Source: Ostreococcus lucimarinus (Eukaryota). From it: a DNA stretch of 64,000 bases. Location: the NCBI GenBank assembly GCA_000092065.1, contig CP000600.1, one strand, 5' to 3'. Below the pieces are notes generated by a model. It was not told the DNA's origin, ran no database searches, and worked only from the letters and a program-made list of their open reading frames with translations. Below, in pieces: positions 39,739-51,411 of this stretch. Each line of letters begins with the position of its first letter. The stretch's first letter is position 1. A program made the position numbers and the translations under genes.

Positions 39739-40830
39739 GTGTCGTCATCGCGAACCCACCGAAAACGCGCGCGCGTCGCCGACATCGCGTCGACCTCGAA
39801 ACCGCGTCCGCTCGTCGAGGGGACCGAGCGCGGCGTCCCGTTCCACCCGCGGCGCGCGCTACCACCGCACACCGCCGCGCGTCGCGGGTCCTCGCGCACC
39901 GTCACCGTCGCGCATCTATCATCAGCAAATTCTGCGCGATCGAGCGCCATGCACGCGCGCGCGGCGATCGTTTCGGCGTCGGCGTCGATCGCGAGGGGAA
40001 CTGAATCGTCCCATTCCGAACCATTCGTCCCGAGCGCGCGCGTCGTCGACGAGAACGCGCACGCGGAACTGAGATGCGCGGGAAAGACGTCTCGAGAAGA
40101 GCTTTCTCCATCGCAGCGCGCTCGGGCCTTAGCGGGGATAATGGACGCGGCGTCGGCGCTCGGGACGCGCGCGCCGCTGTCGCCGCTGGGCAACGGAACG
40201 ACGCCGCTGCGCCGGGCGCGATCGCTCATGGCCGAGGCGGCGACGACTTCGGCGGCGAATGGACTGAAACAGATTAGGGCATCGCGCGCGAATCGCGCGT
40301 CGTCCGCGGGCGCGCGTGACGCGGAAGAGAACTTGGACGCGCTCGAGGACGAAGCGCCGCGACGCGCCGCGAGCGACGCTGCTAGCGTGGCGTCGGCGAG
40401 CGCCCTTGACGCGGCGAACGCGATCGCGAAATATGCCGATCGCGAGCGGCAGCTCGTGGCGTTCATGAAGGAGATGGCTTCGAGCGCTGACGCTCGATTG
40501 AACGACGCGCTCGACGCGTTGAGCGCGAGCGAGGCGCAGCGCGAGGAAGAGCTCGCGGCGATGGCGCTCGCCGCGGACGCCGAGCGCGAGGCGTTGGAGT
40601 TTTCCATACTTCTCGAAAATAAGGCGCGCGTGAAAGAGCGCGAGCGCGTGGTCGAGCTCGAGACTTTGCTCGCTCTGAAGCAGCGCGAGATTGACGCGCT
40701 CGCCGCCGAGCGCGGCGGCGCCCGGCCGAGCGCCGCCGCCGTTCGGTACGCCGCGAACGTGCGCGACGAAGTCAAAGCCATCTTACGAGCAGAGTTTAAG
40801 CGCGAGCTCGCGGACGAGCTCCTGAAGTAG
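39739..40830 (+). CDS. Hypothetical coiled-coil protein (low confidence; opposite-strand ORF 39519..41072 looks like an antisense artefact)
   Basis: The C-terminal half has an amphipathic A/E/L/R-rich heptad character ('LVAFMKEMASSADARLNDALDAL…VKERERVVELETLLALKQREIDAL'). The minus-strand ORF is S/A/R low complexity. The true start is uncertain. Confidence 0.3.
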   Translation: MSSSRTHRKRARVADIASTSKPRPLVEGTERGVPFHPRRALPPHTAARRGSSRTVTVAHLSSANSARSSAMHARAAIVSASASIARGTESSHSEPFVPSARVVDENAHAELRCAGKTSREELSPSQRARALAGIMDAASALGTRAPLSPLGNGTTPLRRARSLMAEAATTSAANGLKQIRASRANRASSAGARDAEENLDALEDEAPRRAASDAASVASASALDAANAIAKYADRERQLVAFMKEMASSADARLNDALDALSASEAQREEELAAMALAADAEREALEFSILLENKARVKERERVVELETLLALKQREIDALAAERGGARPSAAAVRYAANVRDEVKAILRAEFKRELADELLK

Positions 40831-41101
40831 GCGTGTATTACATTAAGCGTTAGCGAGCGGCGCCAGGCGCCTCGAAGAAACAAAGCCCCAACGAACCTCG
40901 GCACTTCGAGCCGCCGTCTCGATCGTTTCGACCGTGCGACGCGCGCGAGCGTACGCGCGCACGTCAAGCGAACGTCGAGCGCGGTGTGCGAACGACGTAC
41001 GCGTCGATTTGCGCGCGTCGACGGCTGCACGAGACACTGAAACGCGTCGGACGATTTGATTTGCATTTGCAAACTCTTTTTGATTGGACTCTGCGAACGC
41101 G

Positions 41102-41584
41102 ATGAGCACGCCCGCGAGAAAGCGCCTGATGCGTGACTTCAAACGCTTACAAACCGACCCGCCGGCTGGAATCAGCGGAACGCCGAGCGAATCGAACATC
41201 ATGGCGTGGCACGCGGTGATCTTCGGGCCCGAGGGAACGCCGTGGGAAGGCGGAACGTTTAAATTAACGATCGCGTTCAGCGAGGAGTACCCGAACAAGG
41301 CACCCGTGGTGAAGTTTGTGACTAAAATGTTCCACCCGAACGTGTACAACGACGGATCGATCTGTTTGGACATTTTACAAAATCAGTGGAGTCCGATTTA
41401 CGACGTCGGGGCTATTTTGACGAGCATACAGTCGCTGTTGTGCGACCCGAATCCGAATTCCCCGGCGAATTCCGAGGCCGCGGCGCTGTATAACGAAAAC
41501 CGACGCGCGTATAACAAGAGGGTGAGCGCGTGCGTGGAGGATTCTTGGTTGGAGATCGGCGCGAGCGGAGCGACGGCGTCTTGA
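41102..41584 (+). CDS. UBC2: Ubiquitin-conjugating enzyme E2, RAD6/UBC2 class
   Basis: '[28 protein letters not shown]…[24 protein letters not shown]…[36 protein letters not shown]' matches RAD6 with the catalytic Cys in the HPN…C motif. I moved the start to the ATG at 41102. Confidence 0.9.
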   Translation: MSTPARKRLMRDFKRLQTDPPAGISGTPSESNIMAWHAVIFGPEGTPWEGGTFKLTIAFSEEYPNKAPVVKFVTKMFHPNVYNDGSICLDILQNQWSPIYDVGAILTSIQSLLCDPNPNSPANSEAAALYNENRRAYNKRVSACVEDSWLEIGASGATAS

Positions 41585-41783
41585 CGAATCAAAACGAGGA
41601 AACGCACAATAGCATTTCGACGAGCGCAGCTCGTGACGCGAGTTCACGCGCGCGCTCGTCGATTCGAACGATTTTTATCATCCAAAAGCGCGAACTTTGT
41701 CGCGCATTAGCAGCATTTGTACAATCCATTGAACGATTTTCATTCAAACGCGTCTTCGACAGCTCGTCGCGGCTTGCGTCAGA

Positions 41784-43496
41784 ATGCGACGCATCGTCGC
41801 GCGGCGCGCCCTCGTCGACTTTCGCGCGCGCCCGTCGCTCGCGCGAATCCGCGCGCGAGCGAGCGAGGCGTCATCGCGGCGAGTCACAGACGCACAGACG
41901 TCCAAAGTCGTCAAAACATCTTCGACTCGAAGCTTTGCGACTCACGCGATGGCGTCGGAGGCCGAGCTCGTGACGCGCGTGGACGCGAACGAGGCGCGAA
42001 CGACGGACGAAGACGCGCGTGCGTCGCTATTGCGTTGGTACGACGCGAATAAGCGCTCGCTACCGTGGCGAAGACGAGGGAAACAACGCAAATGGATTAA
42101 GATTGAGGCGCTCGCGGAGGACGCGGCGACGCCGTCGCGAGACGTCGCCGCGGCGGCGACGCTGTGGCGCGAGCGCGCATTCGAGAGCGACGGTGAGGAC
42201 GGAGAAGCGAGCGTGCTCGCACGGATGAGCGATGATCAGTACGCGTACGGTATACTGGTGTCGGAAATTATGAGTCAACAGACGCAAATCGAACGTGTCG
42301 CCGAGTACTGGCGGCGATGGACCGCGCGATGGCCCACGGCGGAAGCGCTCGCGGAGGCTACGATCGAGGAAGTGAACGAGGAGTGGGCTGGGTTGGGATA
42401 CTATCGCCGCGCGAAGTTTTTGTTGAACGGCGCGATTTATGTGCGGGATGCGCTGAAAGGGAAGTACCCGCGAGACGTCGAGGGATTGTCGAAGATTCCG
42501 GGCGTCGGCCCGTACACGGCGAGCGCGGTGGCGAGCATCGCGTTCGGCGCGAAGACGGCGGCGGTGGACGGGAACGTGTATCGCGTTATCACTCGGGCGA
42601 AGATGATCAAGGGTGATCCACTCAAAGGCGACGCCGCGAAAGAGATTCGACGCGTCGCGGATGCATTCGTGGACGCCGAGCGCCCTGGCGACTTCAACCA
42701 AGCGATGATGGAGCTCGGCGCGATGGTTTGCGCTCCGCAGAATCCCAAGTGCGATTCGTGCCCGATATCGATGTGGTGCGGCGGGTTCGCGAAACAACGT
42801 GAAACGAGCGGGGTGTTTAAGGTAACCGCATTTCCAGAGACGGCGAAGAAGGCGGAAAAGCGTCAAGAGCAGCGCGCGTTCGTCGTCTTGAGGCGTACGG
42901 CGCCGGCGGACGCCGACGCCAAGCCTGAATACGAGTATTTACTCTCCAAACGCCCCGAAGGTGGTTTATTAGGCGGGCTTTGGGAGTTCCCCAACGCCCT
43001 GATCGCGATAGAATCTGACGACGCCTTCGCGCTGCGGCCAAAGTCTGACGTTCGAGACGCCCAAGACGCCCTGTGCGAAGAACTCGGCGCGTCCTCGCGC
43101 CGAAACGTCGACGCCGTCGCGGGCAAAGCCGTGCACGTCTTTTCGCACATTCGCCAAGTCATGCACTACCAGCTCGTCGATTGCGTTCCACTCGATGCGA
43201 CTGGAGCGAACGGCGACGACGTCGTCTCGCGAAACGTGCCCGAGCGCGAACTCAAATGGTTCCCCGCGCGCGCGTTCGAAGAATCCGGCGTCTTCTCCTC
43301 TGGCGTCGTCAAGGTGTACGCCAAGTGCGCCGTGACTTCGGTCGCGCGCGCCAAGCCCAACGCCTCGGGCGCGCAGAAACGTCTTCGCGATGCGGGTGCG
43401 TCGCGCGAGATCGACGCTTCGCAAACTTCCATCAAAGCCTTCTTCGGGTCCGCCGCGCCGGCTTCGCCAGCCCCTGGCACTCGCGGGGGGACGTAA
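41784..43496 (+). CDS. MUTYH: A/G-specific adenine DNA glycosylase (MutY homolog), HhH-GPD + 4Fe-4S + NUDIX-like C-terminus, with N-terminal presequence
   Basis: 'LLRWYDANKRSLPWR', 'YAYGILVSEIMSQQTQIERV', 'LSKIPGVGPYTASAVASIAFG' and 'CAPQNPKCDSCPISMWC' (Fe-S cluster loop) are present. The ORF starts at an ATG. Confidence 0.85.
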   Translation: MRRIVARRALVDFRARPSLARIRARASEASSRRVTDAQTSKVVKTSSTRSFATHAMASEAELVTRVDANEARTTDEDARASLLRWYDANKRSLPWRRRGKQRKWIKIEALAEDAATPSRDVAAAATLWRERAFESDGEDGEASVLARMSDDQYAYGILVSEIMSQQTQIERVAEYWRRWTARWPTAEALAEATIEEVNEEWAGLGYYRRAKFLLNGAIYVRDALKGKYPRDVEGLSKIPGVGPYTASAVASIAFGAKTAAVDGNVYRVITRAKMIKGDPLKGDAAKEIRRVADAFVDAERPGDFNQAMMELGAMVCAPQNPKCDSCPISMWCGGFAKQRETSGVFKVTAFPETAKKAEKRQEQRAFVVLRRTAPADADAKPEYEYLLSKRPEGGLLGGLWEFPNALIAIESDDAFALRPKSDVRDAQDALCEELGASSRRNVDAVAGKAVHVFSHIRQVMHYQLVDCVPLDATGANGDDVVSRNVPERELKWFPARAFEESGVFSSGVVKVYAKCAVTSVARAKPNASGAQKRLRDAGASREIDASQTSIKAFFGSAAPASPAPGTRGGT

Positions 43497-43982
43497 GGTG
43501 CCGGGACGAATTGAGTGGAATTCTTCACACACTGACGCGCACCGGCGCTTTCGACGCGCTTTCGACGCCGAAAACGCCGACGTCAGTGAATACAAAGCAC
43601 ACGCACCCGTTCAAATCGTCCGCGCGTCGCACGTCGACGACGCGCGACGGTAAGACGCGTTCCAAGCGCGCTCTTCGGGACATCTGTGTGCGAAGGCATT
43701 CGAGCGAAAATGAGCGCGCGGCGCACGCGCCGTGGACGCGCGAACGGGAAAGACGAAGAAGATGACGTCGATGAAGATGATACGAGGTGCGGCGCGACGA
43801 ATGACGCGATGATGACGCGGCGTTGGGTGATACGAGGGCGATGGCGATTGAGCGGGACGAGCGCGCGAGCGGGACAACCGACGCGAGACGAAAGATGACT
43901 GACGGATGCGCGTGAACGACGTCCACGCCACGGTTTTAGGTCACCGACGACGAGCGATGAACGACAGCAGTCGTCTGGGTTG

Positions 43983-45401
43983 ATGGGAAGCGCGATGAAG
44001 TTGTTTAAATCGTTGAGTAGGAAGGAGCGAGGGGCGAAGCGCGAGCGACTTGAGGAGTCGGCTGAGGACAACGCAAAGCGTGTGAAGTCCTCGGAGGATG
44101 CAAGCGCGAGCGCGAGTCCGTCGGGGGAGGCGCACACACCTCCAGGATCCGTGTTTCGACCGCCCGCGAGCGATGCATCGTTCATCACGAGCTCGATCAG
44201 GAAGTCCACGGCTAGACGCACGGGCTCCGGCGGCGCGGCGGCGGAGCCAGTGGCGCCGACGAATTTAAGCACACGTTTCGGTGGTGACGGCGACGATGGT
44301 CCCACATCGTTGGGTGTGGACGTCCTAGGGTCACCGAAAGTGAAAATCACGCGCTCGGGATCGCGAAAGCTGTTAGACACGATTTTTTCGCCAATGTTTT
44401 CATTTTTTAGCAGCGGAGGGACGAGAAAGCAAGGACGTCGGCCGAAGACGAGAAGGTCCGCCAAGCGCGAAGTCGCGGGACAAAGCGAGCACGCGGATGC
44501 GGAAGAAGCGATTCTAGATATGAAAATGAGTAAGATACACAACGCACTCATTCATAGCGAGGACTTGGATGGCAAAGACGTCGAGTTGTTGGGCGGCGAG
44601 CGGATGTCAGCGAGGGAATACTTGGGGCGTTTTGGGATGACGAGCGAAGAGGCTGCGCACGCGCCGTACGAGGATTATGACGAAGAGTATGATCCGTGGG
44701 CATTCATTTACAATTTGAGGTACTCGTCGCCTTCTGCGGCAGCGCGCGGCCCGAAAGGACCGGTGCTCCCGGCGCGAGACGAGCACGACACTCGGAACAC
44801 ACTCGTGCTCGACTTGGATGAAACGCTGGTGCATTCTAATTTGGAGAACACGGTTGAGAGATGCGACTTTAGTTTTCCAGTCGTCTTCAACGGCGACATG
44901 CATCGGGTGAATGTCAGAAAGCGGCCGCACTTGTCGACGTTCATGGAATTGGTGTCAAAGCAGTACGAAATAGTCGTCTTTACGGCGTCGCAGCAAATAT
45001 ACGCCGACAAGTTGCTCGATATTCTCGACCCTTCGCAAAAGTGGATCAAGCACAGGATCTTCCGCGATTCGTGCGTGCAAATCGATGGGAATTTCATGAA
45101 AGACTTACGCGTGCTCGGCCGGGATCTATCGAGAACGATTATCATCGACAACTCGCCGCAAGCGTTTGGATTACAAGTCGAAAACGGGATCCCGATCGAG
45201 TCGTGGTACGACGACGATGCGGATAATCATTTGCTTTCACTTCTTCCCATACTCAACGAACTCGCCGCCGATACGGACGTGCGCGTGACGCTGGACCGCA
45301 TGTTCAATCTCCGCGAGAGAGTGCGACGCGGCGGTCTGCGTTCCGACGCGTGGAGGCAGGCGATGGGTATAGAAATCGGCGCGCCGCTTCCCCCGGGATG
45401 A
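43983..45401 (+). CDS. NIF/FCP1-homology phosphatase (CTD small phosphatase-like, DxDxT motif)
   Basis: 'LVLDLDETLVHS…HRVNVRKRPHLSTFMELVSKQYEIVVFTASQQIYADKLLDILDP…IIIDNSPQAFG…NGIPIESW' matches the NIF domain. There is a long S/R/E-rich N-terminal region. The first ATG is at 43983. Confidence 0.75.
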   Translation: MGSAMKLFKSLSRKERGAKRERLEESAEDNAKRVKSSEDASASASPSGEAHTPPGSVFRPPASDASFITSSIRKSTARRTGSGGAAAEPVAPTNLSTRFGGDGDDGPTSLGVDVLGSPKVKITRSGSRKLLDTIFSPMFSFFSSGGTRKQGRRPKTRRSAKREVAGQSEHADAEEAILDMKMSKIHNALIHSEDLDGKDVELLGGERMSAREYLGRFGMTSEEAAHAPYEDYDEEYDPWAFIYNLRYSSPSAAARGPKGPVLPARDEHDTRNTLVLDLDETLVHSNLENTVERCDFSFPVVFNGDMHRVNVRKRPHLSTFMELVSKQYEIVVFTASQQIYADKLLDILDPSQKWIKHRIFRDSCVQIDGNFMKDLRVLGRDLSRTIIIDNSPQAFGLQVENGIPIESWYDDDADNHLLSLLPILNELAADTDVRVTLDRMFNLRERVRRGGLRSDAWRQAMGIEIGAPLPPG

Positions 45402-45456
45402 TGAATGAGTGGGATGATAACCGTCGCGTAATATTAGAGATTTGTAGGATTAACGT

Positions 45457-46659
45457 CTAAAGCTTCGCAAGCAACAATTCACCCATCTTCACGCAGCCGA
45501 CGAGCGTCTTGCCTTCCTGCATGATGTCGCCCGTGCGATAGCCATCATCCAAAACATCGTTCACCGCCTTTTCGAGCGCAGACGCGATGCCTTCTTCGCC
45601 GAATTGGTATCGCATCATCATCGCCGCGCTCAAAACTTGCGCCAACGGGTTGGCCTTGTCTTGACCGGCGATATCCGGGGCGCTCCCGTGCACCGGCTCG
45701 TACAAGCCCGGACCCTCCAAGCCGATGGCCGCGGACGGCAACATACCGATCGACCCCGTCAACATGGACGCCGCGTCGGAAAGAATGTCACCGAAGATGT
45801 TACCGGTGACGATGGTGTCGAACTGCGTCGGGTTACGGATGAGTTGCATCGCGGCGTTGTCGACGTACATGTGCGAGAGCTCGACGTCGCTAAACTGCTT
45901 GTGGGTCTCGATGACGCGCTCCTTCCAAAGTTGGCTCACCTCGAGCACGTTCGCCTTTTCGACGGAACACAATCGACCCTTGCGCTTGCGAGCGATTTCA
46001 AACGCCACCTTGGCGATGCGATCGACCTCCGGTTCAGAGTACACCATCGTGTTGAACCCGATGCGTTCGCCCGCGTCGTTCACGCCGAACCCCTTCGGTT
46101 TGCCGAAATAAATCCCACCCGTGAGTTCGCGCACCACCATGATGTCCGTCCCCTCCACGACGTCTCTTCTCAGCGTCGACGCCTCGATGAGCTGCGGCAG
46201 CACGTTCGCCGGTCGCAAGTTCGCGAACACCCCCAGACCCGCCCGCAATCCGAGCAACCCTTGCTCCGGTCGCTCCGCGCTCGGCAGGTTATCCCACTTG
46301 TACCCCCCGATCGCGGCCAGCAGCACGGCGTCGCTCGCCTTGCACATCTCCAGCGTCTCCTCCGGCAGCGGCGTTCCGTGCGCGTCGATCGCGCTCCCGC
46401 CCACGAGTCCCTCCTCGAACGCGAACGCGACGTCCGCCCTCGCGCCCGCCGCCTCGAGCGCGCTCCGCGCCACGCGCATGATCTCCGGCCCGATCCCGTC
46501 TCCCGGCAGGATCGTCACGTTGTACCGCTTCGACGCGTGCATCGCGACGCATCGCGCGCGTCCGCGTCGCGTCGCGTCGCCCGCGCGTCCCGCGCGTCGT
46601 CCGTCGCGCGTCGTCGGCGACGCGCGCGAGGGTTTCGTCGCGACGCGCGTCGTCGCCAT
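45457..46659 (-). CDS. LEU3: 3-isopropylmalate dehydrogenase (leucine biosynthesis), plastid-type with transit-peptide-like N-terminus
   Basis: '[15 protein letters not shown]', '[12 protein letters not shown]', '[10 protein letters not shown]', '[12 protein letters not shown]' and '[32 protein letters not shown]' match IMDH. I moved the start to the ATG of '[10 protein letters not shown]' (46659). The ORF-track N-terminal roughly 138 aa is Arg-rich read-through. Confidence 0.85.
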   Translation of the reverse strand: MATTRVATKPSRASPTTRDGRRAGRAGDATRRGRARCVAMHASKRYNVTILPGDGIGPEIMRVARSALEAAGARADVAFAFEEGLVGGSAIDAHGTPLPEETLEMCKASDAVLLAAIGGYKWDNLPSAERPEQGLLGLRAGLGVFANLRPANVLPQLIEASTLRRDVVEGTDIMVVRELTGGIYFGKPKGFGVNDAGERIGFNTMVYSEPEVDRIAKVAFEIARKRKGRLCSVEKANVLEVSQLWKERVIETHKQFSDVELSHMYVDNAAMQLIRNPTQFDTIVTGNIFGDILSDAASMLTGSIGMLPSAAIGLEGPGLYEPVHGSAPDIAGQDKANPLAQVLSAAMMMRYQFGEEGIASALEKAVNDVLDDGYRTGDIMQEGKTLVGCVKMGELLLAKL

Positions 46660-47077
46660 CGTCGTCGTCGTCCGTCTCGCGTCCGTCGCGGGCGTCGGTC
46701 GCGTTCGGAGCGCGTTCACGCGCGCGTTCGCGGTCGTCGCGGAGACGCGTCGCGGTCTCGCGTCGCGCGCGTCGCGCGGGGCCGTCGATCCGCGCGCGCG
46801 CCCGGCGTCGCTGACTCCCGGGTGTTTAGGGTTGAGGACATCTCCGCGTCGTCGGCGCGCGCGACGACGTCGAGGGGTTCGTTCGCGTTTCGGGCTCCAC
46901 AGTACGATCGAGCATCGCGTATTCCCGCGAGGCGCGGCGGTATATTTACTCCGAACACGAACTCGCCGCGCACGACGTCGACGGGTGGTCGGTTGGACGG
47001 CGCGCGCGCGCGCGAAGCGACGACGGCGCGGCAGACGGCGGCGGACGGGACGCGCGCGACGTCGGGATCGCATCGAT

Positions 47078-48274
47078 ATGAGCGAGCGCGCGCTTCACAC
47101 GTACGGCGCGCTGCTCGAAAGCCGCGCGCGCGGGGCGCTGTCGGACGCCGAGCGCGGCGCGGGCGCGCGGGCGACGACGAACGTCGCGCGTGCGCGCGCG
47201 AGCGATGCGTCGAGCGAGGACGAGGGAGACGCGGGAGGGCGAAGTCGACGGGAAGCGCTGGAGGACGCGGCGTGGCTGGAGGCGCGCGAGAGGGAGAACA
47301 AGACGTGGCGGGAACGCGCGCGCGAGGCGAGCGCGAAGGCGCGCGCGTGGTTGTACGCGAATTTATGGATCGCGTTCGCGCTGTACTTGGCGTTCGCGGT
47401 GTCGTGCCTGCAAGCGGTGAGGGACGAGCCGGGGTTCGAGACGTTCGTGGACGCGGTGTATTTCATCGCCATCACGGTGACGACGGTGGGGTACGGCGAT
47501 ATTTCTCCGCAGACGGACGCGGGGAAGATTTTTATGCTGTTTTTCATCATCGTCGGCATCGCGCTCGCGACGGTGGTGATTTCGAAGATCACCGACCTGA
47601 TCGTCGACGCCAAGGAGCGGTCGGAGGTGAAGGCGCAGGAGGAGTTGGATCGATCGATGGAGAATGATTTACATGCGCTGAGCGGGTCGCTCGGCGCGAC
47701 GATGAGCGCGGAGGACATAGCGCGGTTCAAGGAACGCGCGGCGTTGGAGCACCAGAGCGTGGCGCGTGTCCATCCCGTGCTTCGCGTGCTGCTCCATCCT
47801 CTCGGCGTCATCACCATCGTCATCCTCATCGGCGCCGCGACGTTTTGCTCGCTCGAGTCGGGCACGTCGTATCTCGACGGCGTGTGGTGGGCCGTCGTCA
47901 CGTCCACGACGGTCGGATACGGCGACATCTTACCGACGAATGATTCCTCCAAAATTTTCGCCGCGTGCTACGCCTTCATCGTCGTCGGCGTCATGGGCTG
48001 GGCCGTATCGCAGATTTGCGCGTCGGCGCTCGACAGCAAGGCGCACCACGACGGCGAGTTGCGTTCCTTCAAACTCACCGCGTCCTGGCTCGCCGAGCAG
48101 AGCGGCGATAAGGGTTACGTCGACAAGTTCGATTTCATTCGCTCCATGATCATCGCTCGCGGCGTCATGAGCGCCAAGGAATTCGATAAAATCGCCGCTC
48201 GATTCTCCCAACTCGACGTCAACGGCGACGGCGCGTTGGACGTCGGCGACTTGCTCAACGTCCCGCGCGCGTGA
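47078..48274 (+). CDS. Two-pore-domain K+ channel (TPK/KCO-like) with C-terminal EF-hand
   Basis: There are two pore loops, each with the selectivity filter 'TVGYGD' ('[13 protein letters not shown]' and '[13 protein letters not shown]'), flanked by TM helices, and a C-terminal '[13 protein letters not shown]' EF-hand loop. The ATG at 47078 is in frame within the longer ORF-track entry. Confidence 0.8.
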   Translation: MSERALHTYGALLESRARGALSDAERGAGARATTNVARARASDASSEDEGDAGGRSRREALEDAAWLEARERENKTWRERAREASAKARAWLYANLWIAFALYLAFAVSCLQAVRDEPGFETFVDAVYFIAITVTTVGYGDISPQTDAGKIFMLFFIIVGIALATVVISKITDLIVDAKERSEVKAQEELDRSMENDLHALSGSLGATMSAEDIARFKERAALEHQSVARVHPVLRVLLHPLGVITIVILIGAATFCSLESGTSYLDGVWWAVVTSTTVGYGDILPTNDSSKIFAACYAFIVVGVMGWAVSQICASALDSKAHHDGELRSFKLTASWLAEQSGDKGYVDKFDFIRSMIIARGVMSAKEFDKIAARFSQLDVNGDGALDVGDLLNVPRA

Positions 48275-48511
48275 CGCGATCGGGTTCGAAAAGTCGCGCG
48301 CCCTTCGCGTCGGCGTGTAACATGATTAATACCAAGCGACCGAGCGCCGCGCCGCCTCGGCGTCCACGCTTCGCCCTCGACTGGTCCTCGCCGCGCTCCC
48401 GGGTTCGCCCGCCGGCGGGTTATATGGGCATATGTAGTCTATAATACGGTAACAGCCGCTCGACGCATAAAGCGTATCCTCGTGACGTGGCGCGTAACCG
48501 AATCCGCGATC

Positions 48512-48538
48512 GCGGTCGGTCGCGTATGGGTAAACAGT
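48512..48538. repeat. 27-nt motif GCGGTCGGTCGCGTATGGGTAAACAGT, copy B
   Basis: It is identical to 38714..38740. It lies in an AT-richer stretch upstream of the PPR gene, with TATA-like 'tataatacgg'/'gtgtataag' nearby. Confidence 0.8.
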
Positions 48539-48984
48539 ACGCGATTCTGGATATCGAGATGCGGGATGGATACGACACCCGCGTGTATAAGACCCATCGC
48601 GCGTCGTCTCGGCGCGGCTTCACACGCGCGCGCGACTCGGGTGCGATCGAGTCGCGATTCGTGAGACGCGTCGTCACACGCGCGAGGCCGTCACGCGCGT
48701 TTCGCGTCGAGGCGCGCGCGATCGCGCCCGAAATCGCGACGAAACGCGTCGCGGTCGCGTCGCGTCGTATCTTTGCGCGCGCGTCGAAAGCGGCGAGGCG
48801 ACGACGACGCGCGACGACGACGGAATCGAAACGAACGAAACGACGCGACGCGTAAACGCATTGACGACGTTCGCGACATCCGAGATCGCGAGGGCGGACA
48901 CCGGTCGAGGAGGACGGCGACGCGGGGATAATCGCCGAGGGCGAGACGCGCGCGCGGGACGCGGCGAGACGACGACGCGAAGCG

Positions 48985-51411
48985 ATGTGGGCGCGAGCGG
49001 TGGCGGCGGGACCGCGAACGGGACGGGATGGCGAGGCGAAGGGTGAGGGGGAGAAAAAAACGACGCGCGTCGAGCGAGGCGAGGACGGGATGATGGACAC
49101 GGCGATGGAGGTCGGGGACGGCGGCGACGGCGCGGGGACGACGCGAGCGAACGGCGCGCGAGAGGGAAACGCGCGGATGGTGAAGCCGAAGCCGAAGGAG
49201 CGGGGGGATCGGGAACAGCGGAATCTGAACGAACATCACGCGCGAAGGGAACAACAGCGCGCGCGGCACGATGGCGCGGTGAACGGCGCGGGCGGTGGGA
49301 AACGGGGGGGGGCGAGAGATTTGGAGGATTTGATCGCGCGCGTCGAGGACGCCGAGGACGCTGCGGCGGTGGAGCGCGTGTTGCGGCAATCCGTCTTCAA
49401 ACCGGGCGCACCGGCGTACACGACCGTAATCAAGGCGTGTGGGAAAGCGTCGCAGTGGGAAAAAGCGCTCAAGGCGTACGAGATGATGACGAAGTTACAC
49501 GGCGCCAAGCCGAACACGATAACGTTTTCGGCGTTGATCAACGCGCTGGGCAAGGCAAAACAGTGCGACAGGGCGTTTCAAATCTTCGACGAGATGAATG
49601 ATCGAGGAATCGAGCCGAACATTTTCACTTACTCCGCACTTTTGGGCGCGTGTGCCAGGGCGAAGCAGTACCAGAGAGCGATGGACATCTTTCAAGACTT
49701 GATTGAAAATCATCGCGACGTCGAAGTCGATCGAATCACGTACGGCGCCGCGATTCAGTGTTGCGTGCAAGGTCGGCGAGCGGACAAGGCAATTGAAATT
49801 TTCGAGCGAATGCTTGCGTCTGGAATCAAGGGGAACATCATCACCTACAACGCCGTGCTGATGGCGTGCGAGAAGAGCGGCGACTCGGATGGGGCGCAGG
49901 AGATGTTTGAACGCATGAGCGCCGAGCAAGTTCCGATGGATCGCGCGACGTTTCACGCCATGATTGGCGCGTGCGATCGCGCTCGACAGCTTTCCAAAGT
50001 GATGGACTACTATCACATGATGCCAGAGCGCGGCGTTACGCCAGATGCGGGGACTGTGTCGAACGTTTTGATGGCGTGCAGTAACGCCAAGGACCCTTTA
50101 ACGGCGATTAAAGTGTACCACGACGCTCGAGCGAAGTTTGACGTCCATCGCACGCCCGGCATGTTCAACAACCTCATCGGTGCGTTACACCGTGGCAAGC
50201 GATATGACTTGGTTTACGAACAGCTGTTTCACGATAGTATGACGCAAAGTGCGCTCTCGGTGTCGACGTACGTTCATCTCATGATGGCGTGCGAGCGATT
50301 CGGTAACTGGGAGAAATCTTTTCAACTTTTTGAAGAGTTCAAAAGACACTCTCCTTCGAGCGTAGATTCATACGTCTGGACGCGAGTGTTTTACGCGTGC
50401 GGACGATTTGAAAGTGACGATCCGGTATGGAAGAATGGAGCCATTCCTGGGTACACGAGTCCGACGCTCCAACGCGCGCAAGCCACGATGCGAGCGCTTT
50501 GGGCCGAGTACAAGTCGAAATTGAGCGTGTTTAAAGAAATCAGCGCGGTGGCGGCGCGAGTCAGCAGAGCTGGTAGCAATCATCCGTCGGCACAAAGTGA
50601 CGTCGACGCGTCTCTCGCTTTGGCGTCGGCGAAGCATTCAGAGCTCGCGCAGACGCACGAGGCGGCGCCCGCCGCGGAGTCAGCCGTCGAACAAGAATTC
50701 GTGCAATTGATCAACGCATACAGATCCGCCGCGGCGGCGGCAGCGCGATGCTCTGATCCGAGCACGGTTCTAGATATCCTTCGCACGTGCGAGTACGACG
50801 GAATTCCACAGGATTCGGTGATTTACGGCGCTTTCGTCGCCGCGCTCGCCCTCAACGGCGACCGCGTGGGGGCGAATGAAAAGTTCAGAGAGATGTTCAC
50901 GTTGGGATTACAGCCGGGCGTGGCGGTGTACGCTGCGCTCGCGCGAGCTGCTGCACGAGCGGGTGACGCTAATACCGCGCTCAGTCTCGCCGAGGATGTG
51001 AGATCCATGGTCGGAAGCTCGGTGGGCGACGGCGCCATCATCGACGCGGTGGTGGCGGCGTGCGAGGCCGGAGGGGACTGGACGCGCGGCGCGAGTTTGT
51101 TCACAATGTGGGCGGCAAATGGCGTCCAGGGGGCGAACGACGAATTGCGACGTGCAATCGCGGCGAGCAGTGGCCTCGATCCGGGGCCCACGAGACGGGG
51201 CACAAGTGTGTACAACGCTTTCCGACGCGAACCGCCGGCTGAGTCCCAAGGCGTCGCCGCCCCGCGAGATGCAAAAACGACGACGCTCACGGCGAAAGTT
51301 CAACCGTTCGTCCCGCGGGGAAGACCTTCGGTGCTGCGTGACGACGCAAAATCGAGCGAATCGAAGTCACCGCCAGATGAAGGAGAAAATCCTCCGGACG
51401 AAGCTTTGTGA
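48985..51411 (+). CDS. Pentatricopeptide repeat (PPR) protein
   Basis: There are multiple 35-aa PPR units ('ITFSALINALGKAKQCDRAFQIFDEMNDRGIEPNIFTYSALLGACARAK…'). The N-terminal region is Gly/Arg/Asp-rich. The ORF starts at an ATG. Confidence 0.8.
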   Translation: MWARAVAAGPRTGRDGEAKGEGEKKTTRVERGEDGMMDTAMEVGDGGDGAGTTRANGAREGNARMVKPKPKERGDREQRNLNEHHARREQQRARHDGAVNGAGGGKRGGARDLEDLIARVEDAEDAAAVERVLRQSVFKPGAPAYTTVIKACGKASQWEKALKAYEMMTKLHGAKPNTITFSALINALGKAKQCDRAFQIFDEMNDRGIEPNIFTYSALLGACARAKQYQRAMDIFQDLIENHRDVEVDRITYGAAIQCCVQGRRADKAIEIFERMLASGIKGNIITYNAVLMACEKSGDSDGAQEMFERMSAEQVPMDRATFHAMIGACDRARQLSKVMDYYHMMPERGVTPDAGTVSNVLMACSNAKDPLTAIKVYHDARAKFDVHRTPGMFNNLIGALHRGKRYDLVYEQLFHDSMTQSALSVSTYVHLMMACERFGNWEKSFQLFEEFKRHSPSSVDSYVWTRVFYACGRFESDDPVWKNGAIPGYTSPTLQRAQATMRALWAEYKSKLSVFKEISAVAARVSRAGSNHPSAQSDVDASLALASAKHSELAQTHEAAPAAESAVEQEFVQLINAYRSAAAAAARCSDPSTVLDILRTCEYDGIPQDSVIYGAFVAALALNGDRVGANEKFREMFTLGLQPGVAVYAALARAAARAGDANTALSLAEDVRSMVGSSVGDGAIIDAVVAACEAGGDWTRGASLFTMWAANGVQGANDELRRAIAASSGLDPGPTRRGTSVYNAFRREPPAESQGVAAPRDAKTTTLTAKVQPFVPRGRPSVLRDDAKSSESKSPPDEGENPPDEAL

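Noticed and set aside
39519-41072. 517-aa minus-strand ORF
   Set aside because: Its composition is almost purely S/A/R. It is antisense to a plus-strand ORF with a more protein-like heptad sequence and it overlaps the UBC2 promoter. It is judged an artefact, though the plus-strand gene itself is low confidence.
46121-47077. N-terminal 320 aa of the 717-aa plus ORF (46121..48274)
   Set aside because: This is the antisense of IMDH. The K+ channel homology begins only after the in-frame ATG at 47078.
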